Part shown: one piece after another, positions 17,763 to 24,655 of the stretch
Layout: each line of letters opens with the position of its first letter
How positions within the stretch are numbered: position 1 is the stretch's first letter
IMG/VR virus record: IMGVR_UViG_3300047409_000500
Coordinates: 1-51,986 of that record
Reading direction: 5' to 3' (one strand)
DNA length: 51,986 nucleotides
DNA from: a virus
Taxonomy: Duplodnaviria; Caudoviricetes
Position numbers and translations under genes: made by a program
The notes under the pieces: generated by a model
What the model was told of the DNA's origin: nothing
The model's input: only the letters and a program-made list of their open reading frames with translations
The model's database searches: none

Positions 17763-17938
17763 CAGTCCCACTCCTTCGTTAAACGTGCCCGCCATTCGGT
17801 GAGCAGTAGATCGGCAGCGTTCGCGGCCATCGCCACGGCCTCCTCGACCGTGGCCTGTGTTTCCGTCGCCAGGATCGCGCCGAGGGCCGTCACAGCGGCG
17901 CGTTCCCAAAAGTCACGCTCGGGATCCTTCTTATTCAT
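17762..17938 (-). CDS. small hypothetical phage protein
   Basis: MNKKDPERDFWERAAVTAL...AADLLL; ATG directly follows array B. Confidence 0.6.
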   Translation of the reverse strand: MNKKDPERDFWERAAVTALGAILATETQATVEEAVAMAANAADLLLTEWRARLTKEWD

Positions 17939-18758
17939 AAGCCTTGCCTCTGCCCGCCATAACCCGCCCAACCCATCCTGCCCGGCCTCACCGATTCACG
18001 CCTCGCCTTACATGGCCGACCCCGACCTCGCCTGCCCGGCCAATCCCGGCCAATCCCGGCCACGCCTAAACATGCCTCGCCTGCCGCGCCTCGCCGCCCC
18101 AGGCCCGACCTTTGCTCTACCTGCCAAACCCCGCCTGCCTCGCCATACCCACCCCGATCCGACCTTGCAATATCGCGCCAAACCTGATCACGCCGCGCCT
18201 GCCTTGCCAGCCCCCGCCTAACCTCGCCGATCCGCACCTAAGCAGTCCTAGCCTGCCGCCCTCCACCGGATCGCGCCGGGCCTACCATGCCCAACCTTGC
18301 ACCGCCTGCCCAACCGCGCCATCCCCGGACTCGCCAATCTCCAACGCTCCATCCCACACCCCGCCATACGATGCCAGCCCAACCCTTCCGGGCCAGCCCC
18401 GCCGAGTCGCTCCTAATCCCACCGGGCCGACCGTACCGGGCCTGCCAATCCGCGCCCGTTCTCCCCGTTCCAAGTCGCGCCATCCCAACCCTTACCGAGC
18501 CTGCCTCGCCGTACCCGGCCCGGCCCGTCCAACCGTCTCCCGACCCAACCTCGCCTGCTATGCCCCGCCGTCCCGGATCGGACCCGTACAAGCCGTGACT
18601 CATCCAGCCCGACCGACCCACGCCGTGCCTGCCGTGCCGCGCCTTGCCTACGCTGGCCGTGCCATGCCGTAGCCCCCCCGTACCACGCCTGCCAATCCCC
18701 GCCAGTCCTTGCCTGGGCCGACCGCACCTAATCTCGCCGTACCAGGGCCAGCCATGCC
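17939..18758 (-). repeat. array B: ~820 nt GG(Y)NN pentamer array punctuated by GGCA-GG(C/T), candidate multi-guide ncRNA
   Basis: 5-nt periodicity read directly; plus-strand CCTGC delimiters at 18688, 18628, 18554, 18500, 18441, 18305, 18252, 18198, 18134, 18080, 18031, 17977. Confidence 0.85.
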
Positions 18759-18764
18759 AGAGCT

Positions 18765-19247
18765 TTACGGCACCGCATCGTCGCCGCTCAAATCGGGCGG
18801 CGGCGGCCGGTGCCCATAATTTCGCGCGGCTCTTTCGATTGCGGCGAACACGCCAGCCAACTCTGAAAGCTGGAAGTACTTCACCTTTAGGCGATTCAGT
18901 TCATCCAGTGCATCGGTCAGCATTTGCGCGCGTTCGGATGGGGCCGCCAGCACTTGCGCCATAACGCGATACCCGCCCCCGTCAAGCTGCCGATCCGGTG
19001 TCAGGCTGATGAACGCTCTTACTTGGTAGTGGGGTTCATCGTGCGGAAGTGTCTCCACGGTGACGCGAATTAATTGGCGGGCCTGTTGCAGCCGCCACTG
19101 GTGGGCGGCCAGCCCATCGTCCCACTGGAAGTAACCGTGGAGAGGCGAGTCGGGGTGACTCGCCTCCGCAATTACATCAGCCGGACGCAGCAGCCCGTAC
19201 ATCGCTTGAATGCGATATAGCTCCTGTACCACGTCGATTCTTGGCAT
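18765..19247 (-). CDS. conserved phage protein, partner of the RAMP-like gene
   Basis: LRPADVIAEASHPDSPLHGYFQWDDGLAAHQWRLQQARQLI motif; starts 6 nt after the upstream gene. Confidence 0.8.
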   Translation of the reverse strand: MPRIDVVQELYRIQAMYGLLRPADVIAEASHPDSPLHGYFQWDDGLAAHQWRLQQARQLIRVTVETLPHDEPHYQVRAFISLTPDRQLDGGGYRVMAQVLAAPSERAQMLTDALDELNRLKVKYFQLSELAGVFAAIERAARNYGHRPPPPDLSGDDAVP

Positions 19248-19253
19248 TTTGTT

Positions 19254-19991
19254 TTACCCCAGTGCAACACGATCTATCAGTTTCGTTGCCACGGCATTGT
19301 TGAAGGATTCGTTGCCGTTGGTCTTTTCGATTTCAAACAGTCCCCAGCCCATTCCGGCTGAGTGCTTACTGTCGGGACGCCCCTCGCAGATACCAACCTG
19401 CTGGCCCACCCGCGCCAGCAAGTTAGTCACGTCCTCGAGGGTGAATTGATCGGCATCCCACCGGATGCGCGCGACCGCCGTCCAGTTGTGATAGGCCGCG
19501 CGCACGGTGACATACGGCTGCCCGGTTTCGACACGCGCCATATCCGCCTGCTTGACGGGAGTCGCGTCGCAAATTCGGATCAGCGGGATCTGTGGTTCCT
19601 CGGCATCGACGCCGTCCTTCTCGACGAAGACGGAGAGCTTGGCGAGGACCATTTTGAAGTCCACCAAGCGGCACGCTGAAATCAAGGCTTTCCGAAGCGA
19701 CCCCGCGTGAAAGCCATCCCACCCTTCGCGGCTGATGTATCGCGCCTCTTTGAAAGTCTGGTCCGTGTCCTTCGGTTCCCGATTCTTCTTACTCGACGCT
19801 GCCTTGCCCGTTTCCATCTTTTCTTGCATCTGGTTCTTGAGTTTGGCGCTGAAGCGATGAATTACCAGCGGGCAATCCTCCATGCCGATCAGCTTGAAAG
19901 ATGCATGTTGAAAGTTCACCGGACGGATGTTAATTGTCTTGGATACGGAAGTCTTCGTACCCGCTTCGTTTGCGTTTTTTTGAGTTGCCAT
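19254..19991 (-). CDS. Cas7/RAMP-like protein (candidate Vipr-like effector)
   Basis: PLVIH, GFHAGSLRKALISAC and the C-terminal G-rich loop GICEGRPDSKHSAGMGWGLFEI mirror RAMP motifs; AGGAGG RBS. Confidence 0.7.
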   Translation of the reverse strand: MATQKNANEAGTKTSVSKTINIRPVNFQHASFKLIGMEDCPLVIHRFSAKLKNQMQEKMETGKAASSKKNREPKDTDQTFKEARYISREGWDGFHAGSLRKALISACRLVDFKMVLAKLSVFVEKDGVDAEEPQIPLIRICDATPVKQADMARVETGQPYVTVRAAYHNWTAVARIRWDADQFTLEDVTNLLARVGQQVGICEGRPDSKHSAGMGWGLFEIEKTNGNESFNNAVATKLIDRVALG

Positions 19992-20050
19992 AGCAACCCT
20001 CCTAGATTGAAATTTCTTTCGTTTTTGCCGGGTCGAAAGATAGCCCCGGT

Positions 20051-20590
20051 TTGTTTAGCCAAGCAATGCCGAGTCCCGCCATGTCATGCCTCGCCGTTCC
20101 CAACCTTGCCTGCCATACCTCGCCCAATCGCTACATGCCTAACTGCTACATCCCAGGCCGCCCGAAACGAGACGCACCAAGCCTGCGGTTCCCTGCCCAA
20201 TCTTTCCGACTCGCCCATTCCATAACGCGCCCCGCCCCGCCGTGCCTGCCGGGCCAGCCCAGGCCAATCCCGACCTTGCCCCATCAGTCCTTCCATGCCG
20301 ACTCGGACCAAACCTGCCAGCCCGCGCCTCGCCCCATCGCGCCGCGCCTCAACTTGCCGTCTCGCCCCAAGCCCCGCCGACCCTTGCCGTGCCAAGCCTG
20401 CGAGTCCGATCCCTGCCGCGCCATCGCTTTCCAGCCGACATCGCGCCGAATCGCGCCCTGCCTGCAACGCCGAACCTCAACCAGCCCGGCCCCCAACACA
20501 ACGTGCGGCACCACGCCGAACCAATCCCCGCCTGCCACGCCACGCCCCGACGTGCCCCGCCTATCCTCGCCCCAACTCGCCGTGCCCATC
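20051..20590 (-). repeat. array A: ~540 nt GG(Y)NN pentamer array punctuated by NGCA-GG(C/T), candidate multi-guide ncRNA
   Basis: 5-nt periodicity; delimiters at 20531, 20461, 20397, 20313, 20245, 20182, 20109; hairpin at 20028-20049 follows. Confidence 0.85.
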
Positions 20591-20594
20591 TCAA

Positions 20595-20975
20595 CTACTG
20601 CTTCGTGCCTTCCGAATCGCCGGGCGCTCCGAAGTCAAGCCCCTGTTGCATCTCCTCGGCCGTCATGGCGACCTCTCGAACGTCCTCCCCGGAATCCGCG
20701 CGGCGGATGGTCTTCATGCCCGCCCGGGGCACACCGTAATAGGCGATGCATTGGACCTCGCGCATTTCGCTGCGGTCCTTGATCTTCCCGGCCAGGGTGA
20801 AGACCCGCCCGTTGGCGCGCTTCAAGTCCGCCGAGATCGCGCTGGTGGCTTCCTTCTTGCGTGCTTCGATTTCGCGCACGTCGTCGGCGGCGCGCGCCAA
20901 GGCATCACCGAGTTCCAGCAACTCGGCCCTGGTGAAGGTGTACTTTAATTCTTCGATTACCAGCTTCTCAGCCAT
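20595..20975 (-). CDS. conserved phage hypothetical protein (coiled-coil)
   Basis: GAGGAG RBS; IRRADSGEDVREVAMTAEEMQQGL. Confidence 0.7.
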   Translation of the reverse strand: MAEKLVIEELKYTFTRAELLELGDALARAADDVREIEARKKEATSAISADLKRANGRVFTLAGKIKDRSEMREVQCIAYYGVPRAGMKTIRRADSGEDVREVAMTAEEMQQGLDFGAPGDSEGTKQ

Positions 20976-21122
20976 CTACATCTCCTCTTCCGCGCCGCAG
21001 TCCAAACATCGATAACCGACCCAACGACGGCGCTCTTCGGTCCCATCAGGATGGGTAACTCCGGTGCCTGATTCACCGGACTCCTCGCGCAAATTCCAGG
21101 AACCGCACACGGAGCACACCAT
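20976..21122 (-). CDS. 48-aa Zn-ribbon protein
   Basis: Read by hand: MVCSVCGS...YRCLDCGAEEEM; fills the gap exactly. Confidence 0.6.
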   Translation of the reverse strand: MVCSVCGSWNLREESGESGTGVTHPDGTEERRRWVGYRCLDCGAEEEM

Positions 21123-21124
21123 CA

Positions 21125-22111
21125 CTATTTCCCCGTCGTCTGCGTCGGCGGTCCCGGGGCCGGGCTCTCCGGTTCCGCCTGGAGAAAACTTTCCTGGGCG
21201 AGAATCTTGTCGCGCACCGACCGCCCGCGCGGCGGCGCGGAATCCTCGGTGGGCGGAGCGTCGATGGCCCCCTGCAAATCCGCCGGCAGCATCGCGGGCG
21301 GCATGGATTCCATGGGGATCATCTCCAGCGCTTCTTCGCGGGACACCGCGCCGCGCAGCACGTGGGGCGCGTGGAATTTCTTCACCCGGCCCACCGTGCG
21401 CCAGTAGTACATGTCACGGCCCCAGGATTTGAAATTCCATTTTTCCGAGAGCGGGATCTGCTTGCCCTTCTCCCAAATCATCGCGGTGTCGGCATCGAAC
21501 TGCGTGAAGCTCACCGAGATGGCTTTGCCGCTGCGGTCGAGGATCGGATTGTAGCGCTGCTGGCTGGCGCTCCACTTCTTGATCCACAGCACGCAACCCA
21601 CGCACTTGCGATGCTTCCGGCCCTTATGGTCGACTTCATCCTCCAGCCATTCGATGTCCCACTCGTACCCGGCCTGCTGCAGCTTGGCAGCAATAATCTC
21701 GTTCTCGATGGCGGGCCGCCCGTTGGCGAAATAGAGGTAGCGCATCGAGTCAGCGGCGTTCAATCCCCAGTTACGGCCTAAATTGATCTTGACCATGGCG
21801 GTCGCAATCGCCTGATCGGCGGTGGCCGCCTTGAGATCGTCAAACTGGCCGCTAAGGGCGAACTCGCGCGCCAGCGCCCGGTCCTGGGCGAAGGTTTGCC
21901 GGGCCACCTCGGCGTCGACCAGCGCGCTGATCCACGCTTCGCGCTTCACGTTGTCGGGCATTTGCAGAAGGTGCTCGATGCTCACGCGCGAGGGCCGCCC
22001 GGTCGAGTCGGCCTGGGCGGGCTGCATGGATGGCGCCTGCGCGCTCAATTGCATCCCGGCGGCCGGGGGCGGTTCGGGCGCAGCGGTAGTGTTGCCTTCG
22101 GTTGGTTCCAT
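21125..22111 (-). CDS. RecT-like single-strand annealing protein (putative)
   Basis: Follows the YqaJ gene; LYFANGRPAI...WNFKSWGRDMYYWR...APHVLRG pattern. Confidence 0.6.
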   Translation of the reverse strand: MEPTEGNTTAAPEPPPAAGMQLSAQAPSMQPAQADSTGRPSRVSIEHLLQMPDNVKREAWISALVDAEVARQTFAQDRALAREFALSGQFDDLKAATADQAIATAMVKINLGRNWGLNAADSMRYLYFANGRPAIENEIIAAKLQQAGYEWDIEWLEDEVDHKGRKHRKCVGCVLWIKKWSASQQRYNPILDRSGKAISVSFTQFDADTAMIWEKGKQIPLSEKWNFKSWGRDMYYWRTVGRVKKFHAPHVLRGAVSREEALEMIPMESMPPAMLPADLQGAIDAPPTEDSAPPRGRSVRDKILAQESFLQAEPESPAPGPPTQTTGK

Positions 22112-22210
22112 AACTTGGATCTCCTGTACGGTTCGGTTAACCCGGAACCTTTTGTGCCGTCGTTTGGTTCCGGGTACCGCGAGCCATGACGACAGACGGC
22201 ATCGGCATCG

Positions 22211-23179
22211 TTAGGCGGCTTCCTCGCCGCGCATCGCATCGTGCTCGAAGCGGATCTTGCGGATGCCGGGCTTCGGGCGGGTATAAAACTCCATCACGCT
22301 TTGGCGGGCCTCTTCGGTCTTGAAGTGGTTCTGCAGGAGCCCGCGGGCCATCGCTTCCCAATCCACCTCGACGGAATCCTTGGTGCGCCTCCAGGTGAAT
22401 TTGCCCTCGGGCCAGACGAGCCCTTCCTTGTCGGCGATGGCGGCCTTGATCAAATTCTCGAGCAGCGCCCGGCGTTCCTTGACCCCGGCTTCCTCGAACC
22501 GTACCTGCGCGTAATCGGTCAGCAGGTTGATCTCTTCCGGGGTGGCTTGGCGCAGATCGGGCCGCTTGTGATGCGGGAAAGTCGTCTTCAGCCAGTAGGC
22601 GGCGGCCCCGCTGCCGTCGATGGGCGGGCGCTCGTCGCGCACGATAAACCGCTGGTGCCATTCCCACACCCGCGTCAGCATCGCCTGCTCGGCGGTCGGG
22701 TCGAGGCGCTCCACCGCGAAGATGCGCAGCTGGTCGCCGATCATGGCGGCGATGTCCCAGACCGGGTAATTGGTGGCCGCCATGTAGTAGTACGCCTGCA
22801 GCTGGATGTACTCGGGGATTTCACCGGGGCCGTCGCCCCAGTTGCGGCGCTGGTCCCAGGCGACCAGCTTGGCGTCCACGCCGCGCTTCTCGTTGCGCAC
22901 GAGCCCGTCCGGGGTGTACACCATCCAGGGGCGCTCCGGGTCGGTCAGCGTCCTATCGAAGTACTCGACATCGCGCTTCGTGGTGAAGGCGTAGAGCTTC
23001 AGGATGGCTTCCTCGAAAAACTTTCCTGCCATCATGCGGGCCGAGGGTTCCAGGTGCTCTGTCTCCCGGCATTTCTTCCGCGCCCACAGCCCGAAGCTAT
23101 CGAGGTAGGGATGACACCCGAAGATGGCCCCTACCTCGCTCCCGCCAATCCCGGTTCGCCGCGCTTCCGCATCGATCAT
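22211..23179 (-). CDS. YqaJ/lambda-exonuclease family recombinase
   Basis: RRTGIGGSEVGAI, TPDG, DAK, IPEYIQLQAYYYM motifs. Confidence 0.85.
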   Translation of the reverse strand: MIDAEARRTGIGGSEVGAIFGCHPYLDSFGLWARKKCRETEHLEPSARMMAGKFFEEAILKLYAFTTKRDVEYFDRTLTDPERPWMVYTPDGLVRNEKRGVDAKLVAWDQRRNWGDGPGEIPEYIQLQAYYYMAATNYPVWDIAAMIGDQLRIFAVERLDPTAEQAMLTRVWEWHQRFIVRDERPPIDGSGAAAYWLKTTFPHHKRPDLRQATPEEINLLTDYAQVRFEEAGVKERRALLENLIKAAIADKEGLVWPEGKFTWRRTKDSVEVDWEAMARGLLQNHFKTEEARQSVMEFYTRPKPGIRKIRFEHDAMRGEEAA

Positions 23180-23325
23180 CGCCGTAACCTCTCCCATTCC
23201 AGGCGCTGCACATAGAGCGCGGCGCACGCCGCGCACAGAAAATACCAATCGAGAAACCGGATCCCGGCCTGCTGGCGGCAGCGGTCGCAGCGGGCTACCT
23301 TGCTCTCCACCTGGGGCTTACCCAT
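23176..23325 (-). CDS. small Zn-finger protein
   Basis: CDRC...CAAC; GGAGG RBS. Confidence 0.5.
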   Translation of the reverse strand: MGKPQVESKVARCDRCRQQAGIRFLDWYFLCAACAALYVQRLEWERLRR

Positions 23326-23596
23326 TGGCGGCCTCCCCGCGCTTACGGCGCGGCGGCGGCAGCGGAACGTCCAGGGGGTAAGCGTCGATGTCTTCCGGTG
23401 GTTCATCGCCCGACTCCCCAAGGCCGCTTTCGTCGATCAGGTACTGGACCGCTTGTTGCTGGCTGCAGTGGTTCCAGCCCCGGATTTCTGCCAGCCGTAC
23501 CTGAATCCGGTGCAGCCTTTCCATGGCCCCATCCGACAGCTTGATATTCAGGTTTTTCCCTATCTTCGCGGCGGATTCATCAGGACCCCTACGCAT
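23318..23596 (-). CDS. putative Cro-position regulator (ribbon-helix-helix-like)
   Basis: First gene divergent from the repressor; KNLNIKLSDGAMERL. Confidence 0.5.
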   Translation of the reverse strand: MRRGPDESAAKIGKNLNIKLSDGAMERLHRIQVRLAEIRGWNHCSQQQAVQYLIDESGLGESGDEPPEDIDAYPLDVPLPPPRRKRGEAANG

Positions 23597-24080
23597 TGGA
23601 CACACCCCTTCCCGGGAGTATTCGAGCCCTTCATCGTGTGTGATTGCTTGGGAAAAATCCGCCAGACTTTCAGAGTCCGGTGTATTTCCCGTTTCGTTGT
23701 TTGAACTATACCCCCACAGGCAAATCGCGTCAATAGGTCTCCACAGCGCAAATCGTTGTGAGCAGGGGTTTTACTAAGTAATTTACTAAGTGTTTTGAAT
23801 GGCCGCCGGGTGTTTAAGAACGATTAGAAATCGCTCGCTCGTTTTTGTCAAACCCGCTAAGTTTTGCCCCGTCAAATGTTTCGCGATTTATACGAACCAA
23901 TCGGGCCACGCGGTAGGGGGTAGATCGAACGGCCCAAAAAAAAGTTTTGGCCCCGTGACATAAAACACAACCCGCCGGGGGGTCCTCGGGGGAACTCCGT
24001 ATGAGGCTTCGATGTGGGATACGTCTCACCTGTGCGGTATCCCGTGGCTATACATTTGTTAACAATCCAGACTGAACGTA

Positions 24081-24353
24081 ATGGGACGGGATGTAGATCG
24101 CACGATGGTCAGGAAGGCGTACGGAATGGCAGTACGGGGGTTGCGTGCCAGAATCGGTTTGGCGCAGGAAACACTAGCGCTTGAAGCGGGCGTGGATCGC
24201 GCCTACATGAGCGGGCTGGAACGGGGCAAGCACACCCCCACGCTGGAGACGGTGCTGCGCTTCCTGCCGTTGCTGCAGGTATCGTTCCCCGACTTCGCCA
24301 TCGAGTTCGACAAGTGCCTCCGCCGGGCGCGGCGCGAAGCCAAGAAGCTATAG
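24081..24353 (+). CDS. XRE/Cro-CI family HTH repressor
   Basis: LAQETLALEAGVDRAYMSGLERGKHTPTL. Confidence 0.85.
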   Translation: MGRDVDRTMVRKAYGMAVRGLRARIGLAQETLALEAGVDRAYMSGLERGKHTPTLETVLRFLPLLQVSFPDFAIEFDKCLRRARREAKKL

Positions 24354-24641
24354 CATCTTGTTGACGACGGCCTCCACGGATCCTTGCAACGCCGGGTCCA
24401 GGATCGCCGCGCCATCGGTTTGCACCGCGGCGTCCATCACGACGGGCGGCTGCAGCTTCATCGCTTCCGCCTCGGGATTCTGGAAGGTCTGGTTGGCCCA
24501 CTTCTCTCTGGTGTTGTGGGCGGGCGTGTTCGTGGGTTCACCCAGGATGGAGTCCGCGTATTTGAGCGCGGCCACCTTGACCCTGCCCCGGAAGGCAAAG
24601 TCGGTCATCAGTGCTGCGCTTTCGTCGTAGGTGAGTGGCAT
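24348..24641 (-). CDS. hypothetical protein after the tail fibre (possible chaperone)
   Basis: AAGGA RBS; gene position. Confidence 0.6.
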   Translation of the reverse strand: MPLTYDESAALMTDFAFRGRVKVAALKYADSILGEPTNTPAHNTREKWANQTFQNPEAEAMKLQPPVVMDAAVQTDGAAILDPALQGSVEAVVNKML

Positions 24642-24655
24642 AATCATTCTTCCTT

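Noticed and set aside
17939-18758. Simple microsatellite or assembly artefact
   Set aside because: The NN positions are non-repetitive, apart from one short GGCCG-GGATT duplication, and a regular higher-order delimiter recurs in separate tracts
17799-18964. Many overlapping Gly/Arg/Trp- or Pro-rich ORFs across array B
   Set aside because: These are translations of a 5-nt periodic G-rich repeat; they lack RBSs, and period 5 does not fit codon structure
17939-20590. Canonical CRISPR array
   Set aside because: No identical 23-47 bp repeats with unique spacers; the only constant elements are GGY triplets and a ~6-nt delimiter
20051-20782. ORFs across array A
   Set aside because: Same artefact of the pentamer repeat
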